From the NCBI GenBank assembly GCA_963770935.1, contig CAVYRJ010000008.1, positions 64,001-128,000 of the forward strand: a DNA stretch of 64,000 nt, written 5' to 3'. This stretch comes from Candidatus Bathyarchaeota archaeon (lineage in GTDB: Archaea; Thermoproteota; Bathyarchaeia; Bathyarchaeales; Bathycorpusculaceae). Under the pieces are notes generated by a model. That model did not search any database. It was not told the DNA's origin and saw only the letters and a program-made list of their open reading frames with translations. The position numbers were made by a program, and so were the translations under genes. Positions 51,549-61,424 of this stretch are shown here, one piece after another (within the stretch, counting starts at the first letter, position 1; each line of letters starts with the position of its first letter).

Positions 51549-52306
51549 GCGAGCTACGCGGGCTCTACACGCTTTGGCTACGCGAAATCAAACGTTTTAT
51601 CCGCGACAGAGCAAGAGTAATCATAAGTTTTGTTCAACCACTGCTGTGGTTGGTGGTTTTCGCAGGGGGTTTTGGCGCACGCCTGCTCATTCCCGGAATA
51701 GATTATCAGCAATACCTTTTTCCAGGTATTATTGGGCAGACATTGCTGTTCACTGCGATGTTTATGGGTATTAGCGTAATTTGGGACAAAGAATTCGGAT
51801 TCATGAAAGAAATCCTGGTCTCACCAGTTTCGCGGTTCACTATTTTCTTGGGCAAAATGTTAGGTGACAGCACAGCAGCGTTACTTCAAGGCGTAATTGT
51901 TTTTGCTTTTGGGTTCATCTTAGGTATTCCTTTTGACCCCTTAACCATGTTTGCCGTACTACCAGTTATGCTGCTTATCACGTTTGGCTTAGTGAGCGTG
52001 GGCTTAACAATCGCCAGCTTCATAGGCAGCTTAGAAAACTTTGGTGCAATTCAAACGTTCATCAATTTGCCCCTGTTCTTTTTAAGCGGCGCATTATTCC
52101 CCATATCTGGTTCGGGTACTCCTGAGTGGCTACGTATTGCGTCAACATTTGACCCACTTACTTATGGAGTTGACGCTTTGCGGACGGTGATTTTGGGTTC
52201 CGCTTGGACGCCTCTTCATCCGCTCTATATCAATTTGGGCGTCGTCTGCGTTTTTGATGTGGTTATGATTGGGGTTGGCACGTGGGCGTTTAGTAGAATG
52301 AAGTAG
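51545..52306 (+). CDS. ABC-2 type permease
   Basis: LREIKRF, QPLLWL, DKEFGFMKEILVSP, FLSGALFP, PLTYGVD. Confidence 0.93.
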   Translation: MSELRGLYTLWLREIKRFIRDRARVIISFVQPLLWLVVFAGGFGARLLIPGIDYQQYLFPGIIGQTLLFTAMFMGISVIWDKEFGFMKEILVSPVSRFTIFLGKMLGDSTAALLQGVIVFAFGFILGIPFDPLTMFAVLPVMLLITFGLVSVGLTIASFIGSLENFGAIQTFINLPLFFLSGALFPISGSGTPEWLRIASTFDPLTYGVDALRTVILGSAWTPLHPLYINLGVVCVFDVVMIGVGTWAFSRMK

Positions 52307-52340
52307 CCTAAAATTGTTTATTTATGATAAGAGAAAATTA

Positions 52341-52625
52341 TTATTTGTTGGTCATTTCGTTGATTTGTTGCTCCATTGCGTGTCCACGGCAGAAAACAAC
52401 AGCTTTTATTACGCCTGGAACTGCTTTCGCCGCGTCGCGAATGTCTGCTGAAAGCTTGAAAGCAATGGGGCAAAATGGACTTGTCGGAACGAACTCGATA
52501 GTGACTGTGCCTGGCTCAGTTTCCTTTACGCTCTGAATCATCTGCATTTCCTCAAAAGATTGTCCCGTTTCGGGGTCTTGAACTTTGCCAACCTCTATGC
52601 GGACTTTATCTTCTAGTTCAGTCAT
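52341..52625 (-). CDS. DUF59 (SufT/PaaD-like) Fe-S assembly protein
   Basis: VQDPETG and TSPFCP. Start placed at MTELED. Confidence 0.85.
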   Translation of the reverse strand: MTELEDKVRIEVGKVQDPETGQSFEEMQMIQSVKETEPGTVTIEFVPTSPFCPIAFKLSADIRDAAKAVPGVIKAVVFCRGHAMEQQINEMTNK

Positions 52626-52715
52626 TTTTAAAACCTCTATACGTGAAAGAATAAGAAGCGGAAAAGAAATATAAACCGATTGATAGAGCCAAATTCCACA
52701 GAAGGTCCCCATTGG

Positions 52716-53132
52716 ATGTTTGATGAATCCTGCATATTCTGCAAAATCGTCTACAAACAAGCCCCCTCAAGCATCATCTACGAAGATGAAGCAGTCATGG
52801 TTTTCCTTGACATAAGACCATTAAACATGGGGCATACGCTTGTAATTCCCAAAGATCACTACGTTGACATCTTCGACATACCCCAGACTCTGCTTAGCCA
52901 AGTCCACAAAATCGCCCAACAAGTTTCGTCACCAATAAAAAAAGCCACAGCCGCCGACGGAATCAGCATCATCCAACAGAACGGCAAAGCTGCAGGACAA
53001 GATATATTCCACATACACGTGCATGTTGTTCCAAGGTTTGAAGGGCAAAAACTGCCGCCTTTTCACGAACTTAAAGAAGTTGAAAGAGCAAAACTCGATG
53101 AGATGGCAAAGAAAATAAAGCTACTTCTCTAA
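52716..53132 (+). CDS. HIT-family nucleotide hydrolase
   Basis: CIFCKI, GHTLVIPK, HIHVHVVPR. Confidence 0.93.
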   Translation: MFDESCIFCKIVYKQAPSSIIYEDEAVMVFLDIRPLNMGHTLVIPKDHYVDIFDIPQTLLSQVHKIAQQVSSPIKKATAADGISIIQQNGKAAGQDIFHIHVHVVPRFEGQKLPPFHELKEVERAKLDEMAKKIKLLL

Positions 53133-53187
53133 AAATGAAATGAGTTTTTAAAAAATGGGGAGTTCCTGTTTACTGTTACAGGCTGCT

Positions 53188-53641
53188 TTACATTTGACCT
53201 ACTATTGCCACCTTAGGCATCAACACTTTATCGATTACGTGGCAAACACCGTTGTCTACAACTAAGTCTGTTTTAATGATGTTTGCACCGTTAACCTTCA
53301 TGTTCCTATGCAGATGCAAACTTTTCGCATCAATCCTAAGTTCTCCTCCCGAAACTGCCTGCAAATACTCATGCTGAACCAAATCTGCAGCCATAAACTT
53401 TCCCTCCACCACATGGAATGTTAAAACATCCTTGAGCTTAGCTGTGTTTTTTTAAGAGCATTTTGAAGTCATTTTTGGGAATTTGAGCGAATGCATCATC
53501 GGTTGGTGCAAAAACCGTGAATGGACCTGGACCTTTGAGGGTGTCAACTAATTCTGTTGCAATTACAGCTTTCACAAGGGTGTTAAACATACCTGATGAC
53601 ATTGCAGTGTCTACAATATCTGGCAAAAATTTCACCTCCAC
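53188..53641 (-). CDS. fasciclin (FAS1) domain protein (frameshifted near 53445)
   Basis: [11 protein letters not shown] and [11 protein letters not shown]. Confidence 0.88.
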
Positions 53642-53744
53642 TACAGTTAAACTCTAAAATCACTAAGGATACAATGGACAAAACATACTATGAACCTTGC
53701 TAATCTAATAATGATTGGTTGTAGCGCAAAAGTCCCTTTTCAAC

Positions 53745-54821
53745 TTAGGAGAGGATTGTTTGTGCAATTCTAAAAATGATGAATTCCGTTGGCTTTACAG
53801 GCGCCACACCGATCAGCATTATTAATCGCCCTTCGTCGATGTCGTTTTGTGTCATGGTATTTCTGCCGCACTCCACAAAATAGGCTTCTTGCTGTTTGGT
53901 GCCCAATATCATCCCAGATTTCCATGTTTGTGTGAGAAAATTCTCTGTTGCTGTTTTTATTTTTGCCCATGTTGCTTCATTGTTGGGTTCAAAAACTGCC
54001 CACTCAGTTCCTTTTTTAATCGACTGCTCAAGATAGATTATCAGCCTACAAACATTGACATACTTTTTTATTGGGTCGCTCGAAAGGGTTCTGGCACCCC
54101 ACACGAGTAGGCCTCTGCCAGCGAAATTGCGGATAGTATTTATTCCCTGTAAGTTGAGGCTGTCTTGCCGATACGATTTTATTGTTACCTCTAAGCCTAC
54201 TGCACCTTTAACAAGCTGGTTTGCCGGTGCCCTATGAACGCCCACTTCGATATCAGTGCGTGCATAAATTCCTGCAACATGACCGCCTGGCGGTATCAAA
54301 CATGTCACGTTTACCCCGGCTTGCTTCACGTAAATCCATGGATAATACAACGCGGCAAACGAAGATTCACGTGGCTTGGTTACGCTAGATGAGTTCTGCC
54401 CCTTAAGCGAATCAAAAATGACAAATCTATTTCTCAGCTGTTCACAATGATTGATCAATAAGTCAGTTAAACCCGTCACAGCTTGAGCGTTTGGGGAGTA
54501 AATAATTGAAACCTCTACTGCTTCAAGGTTAGCGAGAGCCGATGAATAGTTGGAATCGGTTACTCTGCACACGTAGCATCGCTGCCCGCCGTTTAAGAAA
54601 AAGCCTTCAACTGCATATGGCAGATATTTGCCTTCGCCAAAAAAACCACCGAAAACCCTTTGGTATTCGATAAAGCTGGTTACGAGTGTAGGCGTGGTTG
54701 GACCTGTTTCTGCTTCACCTAAAAATGCTGCGGTGCTTGTGCCTACACCTTCGATTGACTTCGGATGAACATTAATATCTTCTATGTATATTCCAGATGA
54801 TTTTACGTTAAAGCGACTCAT
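53745..54821 (-). CDS. contractile tail sheath protein (eCIS/Afp2-4-like), short form
   Basis: GIYIED, IEGVGTSTAAFLG, GFFLNGG, AALYYPW, PPGGHVAGIYARTD, HRAPAN, VWGARTL, WAVFEPN, GVAPVKPTEFII. Confidence 0.92.
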   Translation of the reverse strand: MSRFNVKSSGIYIEDINVHPKSIEGVGTSTAAFLGEAETGPTTPTLVTSFIEYQRVFGGFFGEGKYLPYAVEGFFLNGGQRCYVCRVTDSNYSSALANLEAVEVSIIYSPNAQAVTGLTDLLINHCEQLRNRFVIFDSLKGQNSSSVTKPRESSFAALYYPWIYVKQAGVNVTCLIPPGGHVAGIYARTDIEVGVHRAPANQLVKGAVGLEVTIKSYRQDSLNLQGINTIRNFAGRGLLVWGARTLSSDPIKKYVNVCRLIIYLEQSIKKGTEWAVFEPNNEATWAKIKTATENFLTQTWKSGMILGTKQQEAYFVECGRNTMTQNDIDEGRLIMLIGVAPVKPTEFIIFRIAQTILS

Positions 54822-54829
54822 ACATAGAA

Positions 54830-55237
54830 TTATGTTGGCGGTCTTTTTTGTGCGTATTGGTATCGGCGTGGTTTGCCAATGCGGGTTAGTATATTGTCTT
54901 TGACTAGGTCGACTAGGGCGTGGGCTACTGCGGTGCGGTCATAATGGAATCCTTTGCGTGCGAGTTCGGTGTGGACGTCGTCTAAGCCGCGGGGCTCTGA
55001 GAACCAGTTTTCTTCCCAGAGTTTTTGGATTACGCCTCGGCACGTCTCGGCGCGTGGTAGGGATGCAGGGCGTTCGGTTGGTTGGGTTAGATTGATATTT
55101 TTTGAGTGTTCGGTGACGGTGGAGAGTATTTGGTTTACGGCTGTTTGGATTTGGTCTGGTTGGGCTTCGATTTCGAATTCTATGTCGCCGATTTTCATTT
55201 TTACGCGTATTGGCGGATTTTGCGGGTTTTGTGTCAA
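54830..55237 (-). CDS. putative winged-helix DNA-binding protein
   Basis: TTG start after AGGTGA. N-terminal KIGDIEFEIE and C-terminal wHTH-like WFSEPRGLDDVHTEL...LVDLVKDNILTR...YQY. Confidence 0.7.
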   Translation of the reverse strand: MTQNPQNPPIRVKMKIGDIEFEIEAQPDQIQTAVNQILSTVTEHSKNINLTQPTERPASLPRAETCRGVIQKLWEENWFSEPRGLDDVHTELARKGFHYDRTAVAHALVDLVKDNILTRIGKPRRYQYAQKRPPT

Positions 55238-55240
55238 CTC

Positions 55241-55325
55241 TTCACCTATTGTATATTGAATTGTGCAAGATGCACATGCACAATACTTAAATATTTCACC
55301 AATAAAGATATTGAATATTGGTGAA
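55241..55325. promoter_or_regulatory. divergent promoter region with two inverted repeats
   Basis: ATTGTGCA-n9-TGCACAAT (55260-55284) and TTCACCAATA-n11-TATTGGTGAA (55295-55325). Confidence 0.5.
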
Positions 55326-55330
55326 TCAAC

Positions 55331-56410
55331 GTGATTGAACAATATACAATTACTAACAAATATAACTTTCCACAACCAACAATAGACTCACTCCTCCCCC
55401 AACGCTTCCTCGAACAAAGCATCCATTCCCTCAAACAAGTCCAACACCAACCGCTACAACTAAACCAACAAACTGAACACAAATTCAACATAGCCGAACA
55501 ATACCCACACAACATACAACTAAAACAGGGAGCAATCACCCTAAAAGCCGACCACCAAGAAACAATAGTTGCAGCCGTAGACACCTCCACCATAAAAATC
55601 GGTGAAACCCAAACCGGCATCATTGTTGCCATCCGAGGAGCAACAACATGGAAACAAAACGGCACCTACAAATACACACGCCTAGGACCATTCATATTTC
55701 ACATAACTGAAGAAAACAAAAACCAACTCTGCAACACACTCGAACACGCCTACTTCAGCACCACCTACGGTAGTAGTCACCAGTCAGCGCCAAACATCAT
55801 ACAGATGCCCACGCGACTCGCCAGTCTCTTGGAGCGGTGGCTGCAAACAATGCTTGCCAAAACTGTAAACCACGGTGTCCTTCTTTTCGATGGTTCCTTA
55901 ACCGCTGGTACCCCTGAAACCCCAACCCAGCGCCTCAGGGAAATTTTGGGCTATGCAAGACGAAACCAGAGCACGGTTTTGGCGTTCTCAAAAGCCACGA
56001 CGCTTAGGTCAAACGGATTGTTGATAACGGAGCAGCTGCCAAATCGTGACCCCCCTTATTTGCTTGAGACTGCAGGTTTGCATTCTAAGCCGCCTATGAT
56101 GCTTTTGGGAGATGTTTATGTGGCGCGGCTAAACAAGGCAAACTTGGCTTTCAGGCTGGACATAGACAGAGAAACGCCTGTGGAGCAGCGGATGGAAGCC
56201 ATCCAGAAACTCTTGGGCAACGACTTATACACCCAGAGCTACCCCGAAACACTAAGGCTTTCACATATCCTTTGCACCTTTACCGCCAACGAGGTCTTAG
56301 CCATCAAACACTTCATAACTCGAAAACACGGTATCCATATCGTCAACCGACCCGACATGCACAGAATCCTCTTCGGATCCTACGGCTTCAAAGGAGAAAA
56401 TTACGCTTGA
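55331..56410 (+). CDS. nurA: NurA-family 5'-3' nuclease
   Basis: AAVDTS, LFDGSL, AFSK, YPETLRLSH. The stop overlaps the herA start. Confidence 0.8.
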   Translation: MIEQYTITNKYNFPQPTIDSLLPQRFLEQSIHSLKQVQHQPLQLNQQTEHKFNIAEQYPHNIQLKQGAITLKADHQETIVAAVDTSTIKIGETQTGIIVAIRGATTWKQNGTYKYTRLGPFIFHITEENKNQLCNTLEHAYFSTTYGSSHQSAPNIIQMPTRLASLLERWLQTMLAKTVNHGVLLFDGSLTAGTPETPTQRLREILGYARRNQSTVLAFSKATTLRSNGLLITEQLPNRDPPYLLETAGLHSKPPMMLLGDVYVARLNKANLAFRLDIDRETPVEQRMEAIQKLLGNDLYTQSYPETLRLSHILCTFTANEVLAIKHFITRKHGIHIVNRPDMHRILFGSYGFKGENYA

Positions 56411-57867
56411 AACTCTATAAAAAAGAAGGCAACATCCTGCAAGTCATCAGTTTCCCTACAGAGAGCGCCGAAAAAGGCGACTACCTATTAGTGGAAGATG
56501 CCGATGCAGAAAAAGCGCTGATTGCACAAGTTATCGACGTGCAATTTGCCGCTGTTCCCGGTGTTCTGGAGGAGCTTTTGCGGACCCTGCCCGACGGAGG
56601 CGAACCGCTCCAGGGAGAAGACATTGACCCAATGGAAATTGCTCCCCACATCACCTACATTCAGGATGCAAGTCTGCTGATCTGCAAGATACGCGCCACT
56701 TTGGAAAATGATTTTTTGAGCCCAAGCAGCAGTTGGCTTCCGAGCCGTTCTCAATCCACCATCAAAAAACTCTCCATTCCAATGCTCATGAAACTTGCCA
56801 AAGTCGACGGCAAACTACCCATAGCCTTGGGCGGAACCAAAGACTCTTCCCTCCTAACCATTGATGCCTCAGCCATAGATGGCACCTTAAACATAATCAC
56901 TGGCAAGAAGGGCTGCGGCAAATCCCACCTATCCAAACTCCTCATGGTAAACCTTGTCGGCTACAAAGCCACCATTGTAATCTTCGACTTAAACGGCGAA
57001 TATAGCAGCCTCGGCATGACCAACGACGGAAAACGAAATATGTACTATGATAAAATTCATACACTCACGCCCAGCCAGAACTTCAAGGTGGCGCTTGAGC
57101 AGCTGCCCCTAAACACAGTGATGGGGATACTTGTAAATGCGCTGCATCTGCCAGGAACCTCAGCTCGGGAATTCCGTCGTCTATGGAAAATGCTCAAAGA
57201 ACAAGGAAAACTAAACATGCAGAATTTGGGTGAGGCGATTCGCGATCTTAACTGCAATCAGCATGTACGGGATGCGTTGGCTTCGCGGTTTCACTCATTT
57301 GCTAACTCTGGCTTTTTCACAGATTGCCCAGCAGAAGCAATGCGACTCGATGAGAGCATCTTGAAAGCTAAGGATGTAGGCGGCGCCATAATCGTAAACC
57401 TGAAGAACACGTCTAACATCGACCGCCAAATCGTTGTAGAGTATGTCTTGGGAAAACTTGTGGATTCCCTGTCTAACTGGAAGCTCAAAGCCGTCTTCCT
57501 GTTCGCCGAAGAAGCCCACCTTTACCTACGCGAGACCTACTGGGATGACATCGTAACCCGCATGCGCCACTACGGCATATTCACTACCTTCATCACAAAC
57601 CAGCCTGACACCATCCAAGAAACCATCTACCGCCAAGCTGACAACATCTTCCTTTTTAACTTCACCAACGAACACGACCTCGATGTTGTAAGCAGAGCCG
57701 CACGTGTGGACGCCGAAACCGTACGCTCAATCGCCCGCGACCTGCCGCCTCATCATTGTCTAACCTTAGGCAAAGTTGTACGGGACTTCCCGATAGTTGC
57801 TCGAGTAAGAGCCTTAGACATTAAAACGTTAGGAGAAACACGTCTCTTCTTTAGCGATAAGAATTAG
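56407..57867 (+). CDS. herA: HerA-like helicase/ATPase (DUF87)
   Basis: HAS-barrel N-terminus, GKKGCGKS, FDLNGEY, AEEAH, TRMRH, TNQP. TTG start at 56407. Confidence 0.85.
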   Translation: MKLYKKEGNILQVISFPTESAEKGDYLLVEDADAEKALIAQVIDVQFAAVPGVLEELLRTLPDGGEPLQGEDIDPMEIAPHITYIQDASLLICKIRATLENDFLSPSSSWLPSRSQSTIKKLSIPMLMKLAKVDGKLPIALGGTKDSSLLTIDASAIDGTLNIITGKKGCGKSHLSKLLMVNLVGYKATIVIFDLNGEYSSLGMTNDGKRNMYYDKIHTLTPSQNFKVALEQLPLNTVMGILVNALHLPGTSAREFRRLWKMLKEQGKLNMQNLGEAIRDLNCNQHVRDALASRFHSFANSGFFTDCPAEAMRLDESILKAKDVGGAIIVNLKNTSNIDRQIVVEYVLGKLVDSLSNWKLKAVFLFAEEAHLYLRETYWDDIVTRMRHYGIFTTFITNQPDTIQETIYRQADNIFLFNFTNEHDLDVVSRAARVDAETVRSIARDLPPHHCLTLGKVVRDFPIVARVRALDIKTLGETRLFFSDKN

Positions 57868-58297
57868 CTTTCTCTAATTTTTCCCTGTTTTGCCTGAAAA
57901 AAAGCCTAAACGACGCGGTCAAATTGTATGTTTCCACTTCGTCGAAGGTTACCCAACGCAGTTCCTCAGCGTCGCTCGCAGCCTGAATGTTTCCGCCTTT
58001 AACGTGCACGAGGTAATCAATGATGACGTAGTGGTACTTTACTTTGCTATATTCATCTCGGTCAACGTTGCCGACAACATCGAGCAACTGTGGGTTTTCG
58101 ACTTCTAAGCAGGTTTCCTCTTTAGCTTCCCGAATAACGGCTGTCTCAATGCTTTCACCTAGTTCAACCAAGCCGCCGGGGATTGTCCATTTGCCCTTGC
58201 TGGGCTCATTGCCTCGTTTTATGAGCGCAATCATACAGTCTCTTACGATTACGACGCCGATACCGACAATTGGCTGGTCAGGGTACATCCTCTTCAT
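57851..58297 (-). CDS. NUDIX hydrolase (ADP-ribose pyrophosphatase-like)
   Basis: Nudix box GGLVELGESIETAVIREAKEETCL. Confidence 0.93.
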   Translation of the reverse strand: MKRMYPDQPIVGIGVVIVRDCMIALIKRGNEPSKGKWTIPGGLVELGESIETAVIREAKEETCLEVENPQLLDVVGNVDRDEYSKVKYHYVIIDYLVHVKGGNIQAASDAEELRWVTFDEVETYNLTASFRLFFRQNREKLEKANSYR

Positions 58298-58385
58298 GTG
58301 GAAACATCTCTGCAGAACTAAAGTTACCGTATCTTAAAGCTTCTATGGGTACAAAAAAACAAAAAAGAAAGTGATTGGGTCGCGC

Positions 58386-59720
58386 TTATTCGTATCTTAG
58401 CGCTTCAACTGGCTTGAGTTTTGAGGCGCGCCATGCAGGGTATAGTGCAAAGATTACGCTGACTCCGACACCGAAACCTAAGGCGCCCACAAGCACTTCA
58501 GGAGTTAGAAGTGGCGTTATTGTGAATCCTCCGCCGCTGCCAAACGCTCCTGAACCCAAAACTGTTGCAGTAACGTTAGCTAATATCCAGCCCAGCACTA
58601 TTCCGATTATTGCGCCCATTAATCCGATGATTACGGATTCGCCAAGGAAGATAGTCAGTACGGTTCTGCTCTTCATTCCTAATGCTTTGAGGATGCCAAT
58701 TTCACGAGTACGTTCAATCAACGAAACTATCATGATGTTCATTATTCCAATGCCTGCTACCAGTAAAGAAATTGCCGCGATTCCTCCGAGGAACAATTGT
58801 AGTAAGCTAAAGATGCTTGTGAGCAGACTTAGAACTGCAGTTGAGGATATTACAGAGACTTGGTTGCTGAAGTGGTCAGTTATGAGTTTTGATACGGTTG
58901 TGATGGTTGCGTTGTCACTGCTCTTGAGCTTTACGATTATCATGTCAGCTTGCTCCGTGCCTAAGAAGCTCTGCGCTTTATCAATCGGAATGTATACGCC
59001 TGTGTCTGAGGGTCCGCCAATTCCAAAGCCGCCAATTTTGTCGAGAACTCCTGAAACGTCGGCTGTGTAGGTTTCGTTTATTGGTGGGAGGACTGTTGCG
59101 TTGGTCCATGTGATGTTGATTCTGTCGCCTGCGCCAAAGAATATTGTTCCATTCTGTCCAGGCTGATTCAGTCGTGTGCCAACGATTGCGTCGGTTTCAA
59201 CTGGGATTAATGGGATGGTTCCGCTTGCAGCTTCAAAAGTGGTTGGGTAAACTTGAGCGTACTTGTTGAAGTCTACACCGTAGATGGTAACTGTCCTGTT
59301 TAGGTTGTCGGTTTGAATGAATCCTCCTCGGCTGATAACGGCAATTGAGGTATCTATGTCTACAGATAATGCTTCAATTTCACTGGTATAGTTAACGTAA
59401 AGTTTGAAGCCAGAATTATCGCTGGCGCCGACTCCGCCCCCAAAGCCACCGTCTCCACCCGCACCTGGACCTGCACCTCCGCCTCCCCCGCCTCCTGCTC
59501 CACCTATAAAGCCACCGCTGCCCGGTGTCACGATTAGGGTGTTTGCAGATAATCCTTGATTGAGCTGGCCTGTTATGGTTGCTTGTAAACCTTGCGTAAT
59601 TGAGAGCAAAGCCACTATCGCTGCGATTCCTATGACAACGCCCATTGTGGTTAATGCTGCTCGTAGCTTGCGAAGTTTAATCGCGCTAAAAGAGTAACCG
59701 AAAATATCTATTGTTTTCAT
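58386..59720 (-). CDS. MacB/FtsX-family ABC permease
   Basis: LRAALT...GVVIGI, GIMNIM, ERTREIGILKALG, YPAWRASKLKPVEALRYE. Confidence 0.93.
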   Translation of the reverse strand: MKTIDIFGYSFSAIKLRKLRAALTTMGVVIGIAAIVALLSITQGLQATITGQLNQGLSANTLIVTPGSGGFIGGAGGGGGGGAGPGAGGDGGFGGGVGASDNSGFKLYVNYTSEIEALSVDIDTSIAVISRGGFIQTDNLNRTVTIYGVDFNKYAQVYPTTFEAASGTIPLIPVETDAIVGTRLNQPGQNGTIFFGAGDRINITWTNATVLPPINETYTADVSGVLDKIGGFGIGGPSDTGVYIPIDKAQSFLGTEQADMIIVKLKSSDNATITTVSKLITDHFSNQVSVISSTAVLSLLTSIFSLLQLFLGGIAAISLLVAGIGIMNIMIVSLIERTREIGILKALGMKSRTVLTIFLGESVIIGLMGAIIGIVLGWILANVTATVLGSGAFGSGGGFTITPLLTPEVLVGALGFGVGVSVIFALYPAWRASKLKPVEALRYE

Positions 59721-60418
59721 TTTTGGTTCACCACTTCTGTGGTTATTTCACCATCAAACATCTGAACGGTTCTTTTTGACTCTCGTGCCAAATGCTGATC
59801 ATGAGTTACCATGATGATGCTAACGTTGTCTTCAACGTTGAGTTTTCTGATTAATTTTAAAACTTCGCTTGCCGTTTTTGAATCGACGTTTCCTGTTGGC
59901 TCATCCAAAAGAAGAAACTTGGGGTTATTTGCTAAGGCGCGTGCAATGGCAACACGTTGTTGTTGTCCACCGCTAAGTTCAGCAGGTTTATGGTTGACTC
60001 TGTCTTTTAAGCCGACGGTTTCCAAAAGTTCTATTGCACGCTTTTTTCTCTGTGCTTTAGACATGTTGGATATTGACATTGGTAATTCAACATTGTCGCG
60101 TGCGGTTAATCTAGGGATCAAATTGAAAAATTGAAAAACAAAACCGATTTTGAGCCTCAACTGAGCAAGTTGGTTATCGTTGAGTTTGGAGATGTCCACA
60201 CCGTCGATCAGAAGGGTACCTGAACTGGGCTTATCTAAGGCACCAATCAAATTTAGCATGGTGGATTTACCGCTTCCCGATGGCCCTAATATTGCAACGA
60301 AATCTCCAGCTTCAACTTTAAGGTTTACACCCCGAAGAGCTTCAACTGGGACTTTTCCCAGCATATAAGTTTTCTTTACATCTATCGCTTCAACGACAGG
60401 GATATTTTTCATTGACAT
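59717..60418 (-). CDS. MacB/LolD-type ABC ATP-binding protein
   Basis: [27 protein letters not shown]. Confidence 0.95.
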   Translation of the reverse strand: MSMKNIPVVEAIDVKKTYMLGKVPVEALRGVNLKVEAGDFVAILGPSGSGKSTMLNLIGALDKPSSGTLLIDGVDISKLNDNQLAQLRLKIGFVFQFFNLIPRLTARDNVELPMSISNMSKAQRKKRAIELLETVGLKDRVNHKPAELSGGQQQRVAIARALANNPKFLLLDEPTGNVDSKTASEVLKLIRKLNVEDNVSIIMVTHDQHLARESKRTVQMFDGEITTEVVNQK

Positions 60419-60543
60419 TCTTTTTCGCGCTTCTATTTCAGTTGAATTTTACCTTTATTTAAAGACTAGTTAAATCTAAAAAAGGAAGATAAAAAATGCA
60501 GTTCAAGAGAGAGCGTACTTCTTTTTTTTCGGTCCATGCCGCT

Positions 60544-61359
60544 CTATTTTCTCTTGAATTCCCGCTTTACGTCATCGAGTTTTGTGCCGACGATGTCTAT
60601 GTTGTCGATGTTTCCCAAGCCTTTTTGGTGGGCTGTTCTTATGTGGCTGATTTCGTGGGGGTTGATTCCCATTGCTCTGGCTGCTGTGGCGTCGGTGGCG
60701 ACTGAGTCTTTGCCTGCGATAATTAGGTCCATTTTGACGGGTGAGCCGTCGACTGGTCCTTTGCCTTCCATTGCTACAAAGCCGTCGATTACAGTTAGGT
60801 GGGGTTTAATGACGGTGTTTATGTCGACTATGACTTTGCTTATTCCCTTGGCATGGTACTTTGCTTTAAACTTGTCAGGCAACAGACCGAACATGTTCTT
60901 CATGCCCAAGGTGACTTTGGTTGCCATGTGAGTTTTCATTTTTGCGGCGCTGATTATGGCGGATTCCGTGACTATTCGGGGCACGGTTATGGTTTTTAGG
61001 CATTCGCAGTTGGGAATCTTTATTTTAACTTTGTCCTTTAAATGGCGCAGGTTGAGACATTCGACTTCGTATTGTTTGCACATTTCCGCCATTCCTGTAG
61101 CTTGGAAGGCTTTGTCTGCGTTAGTCATGGTTGCATCGGATTCGACGACGTAGATTTCCACGGGCAGCTTTTTTAGCCGTTGGATAATCGCCTCGACGAC
61201 GATGGGGTCTGTTGTTGCGCCAGTATCCCATGTCATAGTGGTTATGAAGTTGACTTTGATGAGAACCTTCTTGTATCCTTTCAGAGCGGATTCATAATCT
61301 ATTAAGTCAAGCGCTTTGAAAACGGGTTCATGCCCACGCTCGCCCTCGACGATTGCCAC
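60544..61359 (-). CDS. DUF362 domain protein
   Basis: VLIKVN, TTDP, KMKTH, TLGMKNMFG, MEGKGP. Confidence 0.88.
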   Translation of the reverse strand: MAIVEGERGHEPVFKALDLIDYESALKGYKKVLIKVNFITTMTWDTGATTDPIVVEAIIQRLKKLPVEIYVVESDATMTNADKAFQATGMAEMCKQYEVECLNLRHLKDKVKIKIPNCECLKTITVPRIVTESAIISAAKMKTHMATKVTLGMKNMFGLLPDKFKAKYHAKGISKVIVDINTVIKPHLTVIDGFVAMEGKGPVDGSPVKMDLIIAGKDSVATDATAARAMGINPHEISHIRTAHQKGLGNIDNIDIVGTKLDDVKREFKRK

Positions 61360-61424
61360 TTGTGATTTTTCCGTTTAAGACACCTGTTGTTTATGGTTTG
61401 ATAAATTGTTTAAATGTTTACTGG

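Noticed and set aside
46825-52306. ABC exporters as the transporter for the putative RiPP
   Set aside because: They lie more than 23 kb away, lack a C39 peptidase domain, and nothing in the sequence links them to the cluster.
55331-55760. Strong A/C-rich, G-poor tract
   Set aside because: It is coding-strand codon bias in nurA, also seen in the S53 and wHTH genes, with no repeat unit.
58375-59070. 231-aa plus-strand ORF and many similar antisense ORFs (e.g. 38007-38588, 3985-4341, 27628-28065)
   Set aside because: These are shadows antisense to well-supported genes and carry no motifs.
59430-59525. GC-rich poly-Gly stretch
   Set aside because: Low-complexity linker inside the MacB-type permease, common in this family.
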